DNA of 64,000 bases from Limnothrix sp. BL-A-16 (GTDB lineage: Bacteria > Cyanobacteriota > Cyanobacteriia > CACIAM-69d). Where the stretch lies: NCBI GenBank assembly GCA_041937175.2, contig CP166615.1, forward strand, positions 832,001 through 896,000, read 5' to 3'. Positions within the stretch are counted from its first letter, which is position 1; each line of letters opens with the position of its first letter. Shown one piece after another: positions 41,431 to 51,609 of the stretch. The notes below the pieces were generated by a model. That model was not told where the DNA came from and searched no databases. It was given only the letters and a program-made list of their open reading frames with translations. The translations under genes were made by a program, and so were the position numbers.

Positions 41431-42708
41431 ATGACGCTTAATGACCGCCTGGGGCCTGCCCAAGACAACCCAACCGCCTACGACTCCGCCGAGTACCCCC
41501 GTGGAGCCAGCGGAGCCTATGGAAGTGCTGGCCTGCCCCTCAGCAATATCGGTAGCGGCTTTAAGAATAATGGAGATGGCGGGATGCAGCCCGGTGAAAC
41601 TGCCAAAGGAAGCGAGATCGTGCCAGGAAGCATCGCCCGTATTAAGGTCATTGGCGTAGGTGGTGGCGGCGGCAACGCCGTGAACCGCATGATTGCCAGC
41701 CAAATTTCCGGCATTGAGTTTTGGTCTATCAATACCGATGCCCAAGCCCTGACCCAATCGGCGGCCCAAAACCGCTTGCAAATTGGTCAAAAGCTCACCA
41801 AGGGGCTGGGGGCTGGCGGCAACCGCACCATTGGCAAAAGCGCCGCTGAAGAGTCCCGGGAAGAAATTGCCAACCTGGTGCAAAACACAGAATTGGTCTT
41901 CATTACGGCCGGCATGGGCGGCGGCACTGGAACCGGGGCCGCCCCGATCGTGGCGGAAATGGCCAAGGAAGCCGGTGCGCTGACGGTGGCAGTGGTGACC
42001 CGGCCCTTTAAGTTTGAAGGGCGGCGGCGCATGGCCCAAGCCGAAGAAGGCATCGCGGAACTGCAAGCCCAGGTAGACACCACGATCATCATTCCTAACG
42101 ATCGCCTGTTGGCCGCCATTCCGGAACAAACCCCCGTCCAAGAAGCCTTCCAGTTTGCCGATGATGTGTTGCGGCAGGGGGTTCAGGGGATCTCTGATAT
42201 CATCACCATTCCCGGGTTGGTGAACGTGGACTTTGCCGATGTGCGAGCGGTGATGGCCGATGCTGGTTCGGCGCTGATGGGCATTGGTATTGGCTCCGGG
42301 AAGTCCCGGGCCCGGGATGCAGCTAATGCGGCTATTTCCTCCCCGCTGCTCGAAGCCAGCATTGAAGGGGCCAAGGGCGTGGTCTTGAATATTACGGGCG
42401 GTCGTGATCTAACCCTCCATGAGGTGAATGCGGCCGCTGAAGCGATCTATGAAGTGGTTGACCCGAACGCCAATATCATCTTCGGTGCAGTGATTGATGA
42501 GCGACTGCAAGGGGAAATTTGCGTCACGGTGATTGCAACGGGCTTTTCGGCAGATTTGCCCCCCAATCCGGCGGCGGGCCGCTTAGGCACGGGTTTACCG
42601 CGATCGACCCCCAAGCCCCTTCCGAACCCCACGGGCGACCAAAAGGGCAACAGCATGTTGGGTGGGCTAGATATTCCCGAGTTCCTGCAACGGCGGCGGA
42701 ATCCCTAG
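41431..42708 (+). CDS. ftsZ: cell division protein FtsZ
   Basis: [26 protein letters not shown]-terminal LDIPEFL. Confidence 0.98.
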   Translation: MTLNDRLGPAQDNPTAYDSAEYPRGASGAYGSAGLPLSNIGSGFKNNGDGGMQPGETAKGSEIVPGSIARIKVIGVGGGGGNAVNRMIASQISGIEFWSINTDAQALTQSAAQNRLQIGQKLTKGLGAGGNRTIGKSAAEESREEIANLVQNTELVFITAGMGGGTGTGAAPIVAEMAKEAGALTVAVVTRPFKFEGRRRMAQAEEGIAELQAQVDTTIIIPNDRLLAAIPEQTPVQEAFQFADDVLRQGVQGISDIITIPGLVNVDFADVRAVMADAGSALMGIGIGSGKSRARDAANAAISSPLLEASIEGAKGVVLNITGGRDLTLHEVNAAAEAIYEVVDPNANIIFGAVIDERLQGEICVTVIATGFSADLPPNPAAGRLGTGLPRSTPKPLPNPTGDQKGNSMLGGLDIPEFLQRRRNP

Positions 42709-42754
42709 GCTCCCCGATCCCACCCGATCTTGATCGTCCTAGATCATCTAGACC

Positions 42755-43567
42755 ATGAGCCAGGGAATGCAGCCCCCGATCGCCCTGACCATTGCCGGTT
42801 CCGATAGCGGTGGCGGCGCGGGAATTCAAGCCGATTTAAAAACCTTCGCCATGCACTGTGTCCACGGTGCTTGTGCCTTAACCTGTGTGACGGCCCAAAA
42901 CACCTTGGGGGTAACGCGGGTGGATCCGTTGACTCCGGCGGCGGTGCTGGCCCAAATTGATGCGGTGGCGATCGATTTAGGCATCGCAGCGGCCAAAACG
43001 GGCATGTTGCTGAATCGGGACATTATTTCGGCCGTGGTCGATCGACTCACAAGCGACCCGTTACCGGCCTTGGTCGTGGATCCGGTAATGGTGTCCCGCA
43101 CGGGAGCGCAATTGATTGATGATGACGCGGTGGCGCTGATGCGCGATCGACTGTTGCCCTTGGCGACAGTGGCCACGCCCAATTGCTATGAGGCGCAATT
43201 ATTGGCCGGACGGGCGATCGAGTCCTTGGCGGATTTGATCGTGGCGGCGAAAGCCATTTGGCAGTTGGGGCCCCAGGCGGTGGTGGTGAAGGGGGGCGGC
43301 CTACCGGGAGAGTTACGGGGCGTGGATGTGTGGTTTGCGGGCGATGAACCGGTGGTGTTGCGGACGGAAACCGTGGACACCCCCCACACCCACGGCACGG
43401 GCTGTAGTTTGTCTGCGGCGATCGCGGCGAACTTGGCTTTGGGGCAAGCCCCCTTGGCGGCAACCCAGGCAGCCAAAGCCTATGTTACGCAAGCATTGCG
43501 CCATTCTCTGGCGATCGGGCAAGGCCAGGGGCCGATCGGGCACTTTTTCCCGTTGTTGAACGGTTGA
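42755..43567 (+). CDS. thiD: hydroxymethylpyrimidine/phosphomethylpyrimidine kinase
   Basis: IAGSDSGGGAGIQADLKT, VVDPVM, THGTGC. Confidence 0.95.
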   Translation: MSQGMQPPIALTIAGSDSGGGAGIQADLKTFAMHCVHGACALTCVTAQNTLGVTRVDPLTPAAVLAQIDAVAIDLGIAAAKTGMLLNRDIISAVVDRLTSDPLPALVVDPVMVSRTGAQLIDDDAVALMRDRLLPLATVATPNCYEAQLLAGRAIESLADLIVAAKAIWQLGPQAVVVKGGGLPGELRGVDVWFAGDEPVVLRTETVDTPHTHGTGCSLSAAIAANLALGQAPLAATQAAKAYVTQALRHSLAIGQGQGPIGHFFPLLNG

Positions 43568-43968
43568 TTGCCCCTGCATCGCACCCAGCTAATCCCTAAC
43601 TACCGATATCTAACCACCGATCTCCCACTGAAATCACACCCTAATTTCGCAATCCTGGAAGTTTTCAGCAAGAAATTGCCTAAACGCGCTGAATTTTCAC
43701 CAATCTCAGTTCCCTAGCGGGCGTGGGAAGATTTGGCGACCGATCACCGGCCAGTTTCGCAGGCGACAATCAGCCCCTCCCCAGTCCGGAAGTCTGCTGC
43801 TTCGGTAGGAAGAGGAAAAAAGATGGTGACGATCGCTACGACCGATGGTGAAAACACGGAAATTGGGCGATCGGGGACAGGCTGCTGCATGACTGAGATC
43901 GGTCTCCGTTTGCGATCGCCGTCGCCATCTGTGATTGCTAACCGAGTGAAACTAGAGACATCACAAAC

Positions 43969-44568
43969 ATGATGGGCGATCGAGCAATGATGAGCACGCA
44001 TTCCCCCAAATCTGGCCAGCGTCCAGAGGACAACGTGCGGGCGATCGCCGACGCGTTGGCCGTCTATCTCGCTTGGTCGTTCCGCAACAGTGTGACGCAG
44101 GTCAAAAAAACAACAACCGCGATCCCGGAAGTACCCGCTGTGGGTCGGTCAGCTTCGGATTCCCAACCATCAACCACGGTCGAAGCCATCGCCAACCAAC
44201 CGCCAGCCGGTTTGGCCGACTCTGGGGCCCCGTCTGCAACTTCGGAGAAGGCTGAGGGTGACTCAGTGGATTTACGGAGATTAGCCCAGTGGCGCGAGCT
44301 TGACCCGGACGCGATCGAGCCAATCCCTTCCTCTGAGTCATCTTCTGAGTCATGGCCGACGGCTGAACTGCGGGCAGAAACAGAACCCTCCCGTCAATTG
44401 CCAGGGTTAACTGCGGCCATGACCACCACGGAAACCGTTACCAGCGGTGTGAATTTCCAAAGTGAGCGATCGGGCACTGCCACTCCTGCTCAAGGATCGC
44501 CGGACTCCGATTGGGTAGATTTTTGGGCTGATCCTTGGGATACGGCTCTGGAACCGGGCATGGGTTAA
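43969..44568 (+). CDS. hypothetical low-complexity protein
   Basis: 199-aa S/T/E/P-rich ORF filling the gap; no recognisable motif. Confidence 0.4.
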   Translation: MMGDRAMMSTHSPKSGQRPEDNVRAIADALAVYLAWSFRNSVTQVKKTTTAIPEVPAVGRSASDSQPSTTVEAIANQPPAGLADSGAPSATSEKAEGDSVDLRRLAQWRELDPDAIEPIPSSESSSESWPTAELRAETEPSRQLPGLTAAMTTTETVTSGVNFQSERSGTATPAQGSPDSDWVDFWADPWDTALEPGMG

Positions 44569-44666
44569 ACCGGCCCTCATTCGATCGCCTGGCGACAACC
44601 TTCGCGGCTAGCCTTCACGGCCGACCCATTCTGACCAACTGGGGCGAATTTTCTGAACCGACTGCC

Positions 44667-45119
44667 CTAAACCAGCCAGCCCGTTTCGTCATCATTACTC
44701 TTGCGCGGGTCGATCGGGCCCGAGACCGAACGGCGCGGCGGCAATCGGCGCGGGGTCGGCGCATTGGGACGAGTCAGGGGCTTCGGCAGATTGCGATCGT
44801 TCATCGGGTCGATCGGGGCGGGGGCAACCGGCGGAGCCAAATTCAAAATGCGGGGTTTGCTGCGGCGCTCCGGTACGATCGGGGCCGCCAATTTCGCCGG
44901 CAATTGTGGTGGCGTGCTGGCGGGAAGGCTACGGCTCGCGATCGCCGGGGCCGCAGGTTCCGCTTGCTGGGCTAACCATAACCGCAACCCATCCTCGATC
45001 GCGTTCCCAGGTGCATCGGTCAGTTCCAACACCCGATTGATCAAGGTCGGATCCAAGAAAACTGTATATTGCTCGCGATGTTGGCTGGACTGACCGGATG
45101 GGGCGGATGGTGCAGACAT
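44667..45119 (-). CDS. hypothetical protein, possible ribbon-helix-helix domain plus Pro-rich tail
   Basis: YTVFLDPTLINRVLELTDAPGNAIEDGLRLWL; ends DDETGWLV; probable ATG 45119. Confidence 0.6.
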   Translation of the reverse strand: MSAPSAPSGQSSQHREQYTVFLDPTLINRVLELTDAPGNAIEDGLRLWLAQQAEPAAPAIASRSLPASTPPQLPAKLAAPIVPERRSKPRILNLAPPVAPAPIDPMNDRNLPKPLTRPNAPTPRRLPPRRSVSGPIDPRKSNDDETGWLV

Positions 45120-45508
45120 GGAAAGCGTAGCGATCGGGTGGGCAAATAACTCAATCCATTGTCGCCTGTTTGGGGGCCGATCGCCCATGAACCTATGGCT
45201 CAACCAGTCTTGATCGGACGATCGGAAGCCCACCTCACTCAGGCAGGCGACAAGCCACCGACCGGCCGCCAACAGGCCGGCCACAAGCCATGGAGCGGAA
45301 ATTGGCTTGGCCAAATGGCTTGGGAAATGGGTCGAGCAAGATTGGGTAGCAATTCGGCAAAAAATTGGCAAAAAAAAGGAGAGTCGTTGCGGACTCTCCC
45401 AGTCATCAGGGTGCATCTACTTAGCACAGTATAACAGCAAGAGGGCGAGGGGTGTCACCCCCTTTTTGAAATTTTGATGAATTCTTGGAAATCCAGCCGG
45501 CCGATCGC

Positions 45509-46993
45509 CTAGCCATTCAGCAACTCCTCCAGCAATTGGTTCGTGAGCTTCGGATCCACGCGGCCGCCGCTCTTCTTCATCAGTTGCCCCACAAAGAAGC
45601 CCTTCAGCTTGGTTTTTCCCGCGCGATATTGCTCCAGTTCCGTCGGATGGGCCGCCAAAACCTCTTCGATCATGGCTTTGATCGCCCCTTGGTCGGAAAT
45701 TTGCACCAACCCCTTGCGATCGACCAAGGCCTTGGGTGAGCCACCTTCCGTTAACAGCTCCGGCAGAATGTCTTTGGCGATTTTGCCGCTGATGGTTCCA
45801 TTCACAATGAGACCCACCAACTCCGCCAACTCCGCTGGTTTCAGGGCCAAGTTGTCGATCGACTGTTTTTCGTTCTTCAACCAAGCGGCAATATCGCCCA
45901 TGATCCAGTTTGCCGCCTGCTTCACATCGCCCCCAGCGGCCACCGTGGCTTCAAAATATTCCGCCACTGCCCGCTCATCGGTCAGCACCTGGGCATCATA
46001 GGCCGACAAGCCCAACTCCGTTTCATAGCGATGGCGCTTTTGGGCGGGCAGCTCCGGTAGCTCCTTGCGCCAAGACTCCCGTTGCTCCTCCGACACCACG
46101 ATCGGGGTCAGATCCGGCTCTGGGAAATAGCGATAGTCGCTGGAGCCTTCCTTCGAGCGCATGGAAATGGTGCGTTGGCTGCCCTCTTCCCAAAGGCGGG
46201 TTTCTTGGACGATCGGCTCACCGGTTTCGATCGCCTCAATTTGGCGCTCAATTTCGTACTCGATCGCCCGCTGAATCGCGTTGAACGAGTTCATATTTTT
46301 GATTTCAACCTTCGTGCCAAAGGCCTTTTGGCCCACCGGTCGCACCGACACATTCACATCACAACGCAGGGAACCTTCCTGCATGTTGCCGTCACTGATG
46401 CCCAAATAGCGCACGATTCGGCGCAGTTCCTTGGCATATTCCGCCGCCTCTTGGCCCGTGCGAATGTCCGGCTCCGAAACGATTTCCACCAACGGCACAC
46501 CGGCCCGGTTGTAGTCCACCAGGGAATAGGCAGACCCGGCCAGGCGATCGGCTCCGGCATGAACCAACTTGCCCGCATCTTCTTCCATGTGCAAACGGGT
46601 AATGCCAATCCGCTTACGGGTAGCGTTCCCTTGCTTGTCCACAATTTCAACTTCCAGCCAACCATGTTCCGCGATCGGCAGGTCGTATTGGGAAATTTGA
46701 TAATTCTTGGGCAGGTCAGGATAGAAATATTGCTTGCGATCGAACTTGCTGTAGGGGGCGATCTGACAATTGAGGGCCAAGCCCGCCTTCACCGCATACT
46801 CCAACACCTTTTGGTTTAGCACCGGCAGCGTGCCCGGCAACCCCAAGCACACCGGATCCACATGGGTGTTGGGATCGGCTCCAAACTCCGTGGAACTGGT
46901 ACAGAAAATTTTGGTTTCCGTGCTCAGTTGACAGTGGGTTTCGAGACCAATGACGGCTTCGTATTCGGTCTTGGCAGGCGCGGCAACGGTCAT
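45509..46993 (-). CDS. gatB: Asp/Glu-tRNA amidotransferase subunit B
   Basis: [47 protein letters not shown]. Confidence 0.97.
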   Translation of the reverse strand: MTVAAPAKTEYEAVIGLETHCQLSTETKIFCTSSTEFGADPNTHVDPVCLGLPGTLPVLNQKVLEYAVKAGLALNCQIAPYSKFDRKQYFYPDLPKNYQISQYDLPIAEHGWLEVEIVDKQGNATRKRIGITRLHMEEDAGKLVHAGADRLAGSAYSLVDYNRAGVPLVEIVSEPDIRTGQEAAEYAKELRRIVRYLGISDGNMQEGSLRCDVNVSVRPVGQKAFGTKVEIKNMNSFNAIQRAIEYEIERQIEAIETGEPIVQETRLWEEGSQRTISMRSKEGSSDYRYFPEPDLTPIVVSEEQRESWRKELPELPAQKRHRYETELGLSAYDAQVLTDERAVAEYFEATVAAGGDVKQAANWIMGDIAAWLKNEKQSIDNLALKPAELAELVGLIVNGTISGKIAKDILPELLTEGGSPKALVDRKGLVQISDQGAIKAMIEEVLAAHPTELEQYRAGKTKLKGFFVGQLMKKSGGRVDPKLTNQLLEELLNG

Positions 46994-47381
46994 ATGCTTG
47001 GCTGAACTTGCTGTGAGTGACGGTTGAGGCAAAAGCGGGGCAAAAGCTAATAAACAGCGAGGAACTGAGTCTGGCTGAATCAGCAGGCCTATTCAGTATC
47101 CATGGCTCATGGCCCGTCCAGTATTCCTACTGTGGGTCTTTGAGCGCGATCGGCTTAGAATCCCGAGAGGGCCCCAGTTGGCATCATCGAAGGGGTTCAT
47201 CAATAGTTGAGCCAGTGACCCAATCAACTAGCCAGACCATAACCCGATCAAAATGCTCGGACTTCATTCTATCGCTAGCGATCGCTCGGCCCCGGTTGGA
47301 AGCAAAACTTTTGACGGTTGACCTGTCTCTTTCAACTGGCCGTGCTGGTGGAATTCATCGCCAAGGATTAATCAACGGAAG

Positions 47382-48749
47382 GTGGCCGTGCAACGCAAGG
47401 GGCAAATCCTGATTGGGCTGTTGGGGGCAGTAGTGGTTGCGGGGCTGGGCCTGGAATGGTGGCTGCGTAGTGACCCGATTTTGAGGGCCGCGCGATCGGC
47501 CTATGACCAAGCCAACTGTGCGGCCGCGATTCCCCAGTTTCAGCAGGTGGCCGATCGATCCGCTCCGGACGATCGGGACCCAACGGCCGTGGAAAGTCGC
47601 TATCGGTTAGCGGAATGTCAGCTTTACCAAACCGCTGAGCAGGCCCAAAAGGCTCGCCAACTGAACAAGGCGTTTGGAGCCTATGTGCAATTTGCCAAGA
47701 TTTATCCCCACAGCGCTTTGATCGGGGCAGTTCGGGCGAATATTCGCCGGATTTTAGATCGCACCAGCCCGGGCAGCCTGGCCAGCGCGGAAGCTTGCCG
47801 AGGGTTAACCATTCTGCTCGATCGGGCTGTGGTTAGCGCCGAACACCCCAGCGCGCCCCTGCTGTTGTTGACCTGTGGGCGGCTGTTTACCCAACGGGCT
47901 GAATATGCGCGGGCTGTCCATACCTACGTGGCTCTAGAAATTCACTATCCCGATCATCCCGTGATGGGACTGTTTCCGGAGGAGCTGGCCCAATTGCTGC
48001 GGCTGGGGCAATTTTCAGAATCTTCGGTGCGCAATATCTATCAGGTGATTGAGCAACGGGACTTGGATCGGCTGAATTGGACAGCCCGCCCGGAACCGGA
48101 TACGGATTGGACGATGGCCAATCCGCGCTCTTGGGAACTGGTGCAACAATGGCTGGCCAATCCGGAATCTTGGCTGATTCTGGGAGGCGGGGCGGTGTGT
48201 TTGGGTTTGGGGCTGGCGGCCAGTCGCTGGTGGCGGCACCGATCGCCCCGGCCCCGGCGATCGGTTTCCCGACGATCGCCCGTGCGAGTCACCCAAGAAC
48301 GGCCTACGGGCTTTCGATTTGATGGGGGTCAATATCGCCTGACCCGGCAACAGCTCGACCAAATCAAGGCAGAACCCAGCCAGACCCTTCCCAAAACCCA
48401 ACCTCAGCGGCCCGATCGCCCTACGCCTTCCCCGTCCACCTCTTCCTCATCTTCCTCATCGCGATCCGCGTCGTCTCGATCGACTCCACCGCAGCCAACA
48501 CCACCCCCATCCCGACCTCAGCGCGATCGCCCGGCGGCCAAGCGGCCGCCCCGCCCAGACCCCAAACCCAAACCCGCAAAAAGTCGTGGCCCCAGCCGGG
48601 CCCTGGAAGCGCAACTGTTGCTGTTAGTGCAAAACCAACGATCGACCGCTGAACGCTTGGTGGCCTTGGAGCGATCGCGGATGCCGGGTAAGTCGGAGGA
48701 TTGGTATTGGCAGGCGGCGATCGAGCGACTCATTCGCGATCGGCGCTAA
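47382..48749 (+). CDS. membrane protein with TPR/BamD-like N-region and short conserved-looking C-terminal helical domain
   Basis: N-terminal TM, helical repeats with YP motifs, second TM, Pro/Ser linker, C-terminal AERLVALE...PGKSEDWYWQAAI..L.RDR. Confidence 0.7.
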   Translation: MAVQRKGQILIGLLGAVVVAGLGLEWWLRSDPILRAARSAYDQANCAAAIPQFQQVADRSAPDDRDPTAVESRYRLAECQLYQTAEQAQKARQLNKAFGAYVQFAKIYPHSALIGAVRANIRRILDRTSPGSLASAEACRGLTILLDRAVVSAEHPSAPLLLLTCGRLFTQRAEYARAVHTYVALEIHYPDHPVMGLFPEELAQLLRLGQFSESSVRNIYQVIEQRDLDRLNWTARPEPDTDWTMANPRSWELVQQWLANPESWLILGGGAVCLGLGLAASRWWRHRSPRPRRSVSRRSPVRVTQERPTGFRFDGGQYRLTRQQLDQIKAEPSQTLPKTQPQRPDRPTPSPSTSSSSSSSRSASSRSTPPQPTPPPSRPQRDRPAAKRPPRPDPKPKPAKSRGPSRALEAQLLLLVQNQRSTAERLVALERSRMPGKSEDWYWQAAIERLIRDRR

Positions 48750-48756
48750 TCAGGCG

Positions 48757-48835
48757 CTAATCAACTGCTGCTAATCAATCGTTACTAACCAATTGTTCCT
48801 AACCAATTTTTGTTAACCAATTGTTGTTAACCCAA
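48757..48835. repeat. 14-nt tandem repeat, about 5.5 copies
   Basis: ctaatcaactgctg / ctaatcaatcgtta / ctaaccaattgttc / ctaaccaatttttg / ttaaccaattgttg. Confidence 0.8.
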
Positions 48836-48845
48836 CCAGGAATCT

Positions 48846-49286
48846 TCAGGGTTGAACCGGGCGATCGCGATTGGCCAACCACCAACCCAGTCCAATGCCC
48901 AAAAAGCTGCAAACCAAATCCACCCCGCTAAAGGTGCGATTGGGGGACAAACTTTGTAGCCATTCTTCCGCCGCCGTCCAAATTGCAAAGCCCAAGGGAA
49001 ACAGGGGCCAAGCGCGGCCGCCCAGGCGAATGGTTTTCCAGCGGCTGAAGCGGTGGCCCAGGTAGCTGCCCATGGCGTAAAGAATGATGTGGCCGGGGAT
49101 GTCGTAGTGGGGAATTTTGCCTAAAAAACTGGGCAGGTTTCCCGTGTAGGCCAGCCAAAGAATGCCGCAAAATAACAGGCCATAGAAGGGAGCCAGCCAT
49201 CGCATCCAATCCACACGGGGCGATCGGGCGGTGGGCATGGAGTCAGGTTCGCTGGGGCGATCGAGCGGTGACATAGGTGGAGTCAA
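48846..49286 (-). CDS. VanZ-like membrane protein
   Basis: YDIPGHIILY, EEWLQSLSPNRTFSGVDLV. Confidence 0.75.
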   Translation of the reverse strand: MTPPMSPLDRPSEPDSMPTARSPRVDWMRWLAPFYGLLFCGILWLAYTGNLPSFLGKIPHYDIPGHIILYAMGSYLGHRFSRWKTIRLGGRAWPLFPLGFAIWTAAEEWLQSLSPNRTFSGVDLVCSFLGIGLGWWLANRDRPVQP

Positions 49287-50134
49287 GAGTCAGGAATAGG
49301 CGGCAAAGGATCCGGCAGCGATCGCACCCGCAGGTCTTGATAAAACTCCGTTTGTTCCAACTCCACCTTCGATTGCGATGCCAGCAGCAGCAACGCCCAA
49401 AAGGCCCCTGCCCGATCGCTCTTGGTGGGTTGGTCACTGAGCAGCTCACCTTGACCCATGGACCCATGATGCGCGATCGTCAGCGGAATTGCCTGGGGGC
49501 CCGTTCGGGGAACTTGAGCGACCAATTCATCAAAACTCAGCCATCGATCGCCAAAGGGACGCAAAAACGCCGCCAAGGCCTCCGAAACTTCCCCTAGGTT
49601 TTCTTGGTGCGCCAGTTGCTGCACCGCGCGCATTTTTTGGCGGCGATTGGGGCGGCGGGTTTTGCGGGGGCGGGCCGGTTGGGTGGCCAACAGGCTGGCC
49701 ACCTGCTGCAATTGCTCAATCATGTCGCCCAAGGACACGCGCCGCTGGCCGGTTTGGGGAGCCACGCCGCGCCGTTTCAGGCATTGTTCCAAATGTAGGG
49801 GCAGCCGACCACGGGCGATCGCCTCAATGGCAGCTTCCGCTTCTTCTTCCCAATCATCGCCCTCCGTCAGCGGGGGAAATTCCGCCAGGGTCAACCGGTT
49901 CGCCTTAATCAACACCAACAGGGCCGCCGAAACAAAGGCCTGAGCCGATCGGGACAGATGGACATCGTAGGCCGCCTTGCCCATTTGGCCCGCCACCGGT
50001 TCGATCGCCCGTTGCAGTTGATCCAAGTACCGATCCAACACCTCTACGGCCCGCACATCCCACGGGTCGATCGACCCCTGTTCCGCCATTTCAATTAATG
50101 AGGCGATCGTTTCTTGGATGACTAATCCAGCCAT
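49283..50134 (-). CDS. scpA: segregation/condensation protein A
   Basis: IDPWDV, AALLVLIKA, FWALLLLASQSKVELEQTEFYQDL. Confidence 0.88.
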   Translation of the reverse strand: MAGLVIQETIASLIEMAEQGSIDPWDVRAVEVLDRYLDQLQRAIEPVAGQMGKAAYDVHLSRSAQAFVSAALLVLIKANRLTLAEFPPLTEGDDWEEEAEAAIEAIARGRLPLHLEQCLKRRGVAPQTGQRRVSLGDMIEQLQQVASLLATQPARPRKTRRPNRRQKMRAVQQLAHQENLGEVSEALAAFLRPFGDRWLSFDELVAQVPRTGPQAIPLTIAHHGSMGQGELLSDQPTKSDRAGAFWALLLLASQSKVELEQTEFYQDLRVRSLPDPLPPIPDS

Positions 50135-50193
50135 AGACGACGGTGGAGAAGGGGAGTGGAAATAGTTGGGTTAGCGTGCTGGGGTTGGGAACC

Positions 50194-50358
50194 CTAGTGG
50201 CATGACAGGCTTAATTCATTAGGGCAATGTTGCGGAGTCAGTCGCAATAACAAGGGGCTTAATCCCCTTGCTGCCTAACGATTCGGTAACAGCAACAGTT
50301 CACTCACGTTAACAGTCATTTGACTTCACCTGTGAAAATAAACTTGCCGTGCTACTAG
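50194..50358. mobile_element. MITE-like element, family A
   Basis: CTAGTGGCATGACAGG ... CTTGCCGTGCTACTAG terminal inverted repeats; 165 bp; non-coding. Confidence 0.72.
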
Positions 50359-50380
50359 GCTAAAAAAACGGGCTGAAAAA

Positions 50381-51427
50381 TTAGTGATGGCCCAGGGATT
50401 CCCGATTGGACTGTTGCAACCACTCGATCGTCCGGCGACAGCCTTCCTCAAAGGAGACCGGCGCACGATAACCCAAGCGGGTTTCCGCTTCTGTTAAGGG
50501 TAAATGCCATTGGCAGCGGTAGAGCGCCGAAAGCTCCTGATTCAAAGGCGACAACACCGGGCGCGGCCGCTGGCCACTGGCTCGTTTGCGTTGGGCCTGC
50601 AAACCCGATAGCAACGTCCCCACCAGGCGCATTCCTCGCAGTGTTTCCTTTAACTCTTCCTTCACACTGGGACGAAAGGCTGCAATTTCGACATTGGGCA
50701 GTTGGTCAAAGGATTGACCAAGGGCCGCCGCGATCGGGCGGTAAAAGTCAGCCCAGGTCACCACTTCCTGATCCCCAATGAAAAAAGCCGCGCGATCGAC
50801 CTTGGCCGCTTCGGCCGCTAACGCAATCCCATGGACTAAGTTATCCACATAGACACTGTTGCAAATGCCACGCCCATAGTCGGCTTGGTAAGCCACACCA
50901 TCGGTGACCGCATTGGCGAAAGCCTCGATCCAAGTGGATTTGGGGCCCCAAACAATCCCGGGACGGATGATGACCAACTCAGTTTTGGTCTGCGATCGAT
51001 CGGCCTGTAAGCGCCACTCTGCCCTCACCTTGGCGTTGTTGTAGGCGATCGGGTAGTTGTCCCGCAGCGGGCTTTTTTCCGTGGTGCCGGGGGCCGGCGC
51101 TTGGCCATGCACCACAGCGCTGCTGAGATAGATAAATCGTTTCACCTCAGCATCGGCGGCCGCCTGGTAAACCACGGGCGCGTTTTTGCGCACAAAACTG
51201 GGACTACCGGCCAGGCAATAGACCGCCGCTTGGCAACCGGTCAGGGCTTGGGCCAGGGAAGTCGGTTTGGTGGCATCAGCAATCCGGGCGATCGCCCCTT
51301 CCGGCACATGCTTGGGCACCGATCGCCCGATCGCCACCACCGTGAAGTTGGGATCTTGTGCCAATATCTCCACGACCCGTTGGCCAATAAATCCGCTGGC
51401 TCCAATTACGCCCAAGGTTACGGTCAT
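50381..51427 (-). CDS. NAD-dependent epimerase/dehydratase (extended SDR)
   Basis: GASGFIG, YLSS, YNNAK (YxxxK), RPGIVWGP. Confidence 0.88.
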   Translation of the reverse strand: MTVTLGVIGASGFIGQRVVEILAQDPNFTVVAIGRSVPKHVPEGAIARIADATKPTSLAQALTGCQAAVYCLAGSPSFVRKNAPVVYQAAADAEVKRFIYLSSAVVHGQAPAPGTTEKSPLRDNYPIAYNNAKVRAEWRLQADRSQTKTELVIIRPGIVWGPKSTWIEAFANAVTDGVAYQADYGRGICNSVYVDNLVHGIALAAEAAKVDRAAFFIGDQEVVTWADFYRPIAAALGQSFDQLPNVEIAAFRPSVKEELKETLRGMRLVGTLLSGLQAQRKRASGQRPRPVLSPLNQELSALYRCQWHLPLTEAETRLGYRAPVSFEEGCRRTIEWLQQSNRESLGHH

Positions 51428-51469
51428 CTTTGCCAACTAACTCCATGCTCGGAAAACTGGGATGGGGGA

Positions 51470-51556
51470 CTAGGGTTTGTTGTCCAATCGTCTGAAACCC
51501 TGATTCCACCGTAACAAATCGTAGGGGGCAAGGGGCTTAAGCCCCTTGTCTAGGGC
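51470..51556. repeat. partial MITE family B copy with a perfect 20-bp palindrome
   Basis: CAAGGGGCTTAAGCCCCTTG at 51529-51548; flank resembles the reverse complement of about 950-1036. Confidence 0.65.
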
Positions 51557-51609
51557 AGTTAGCGATGGGAACTGGAGCATCTGGGAAATTTGGGCGATCG
51601 ACAAAATGC

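Noticed and set aside
43733..44001. Short ORFs between thiD and 43969
   Set aside because: No recognisable features, and competing frames on both strands
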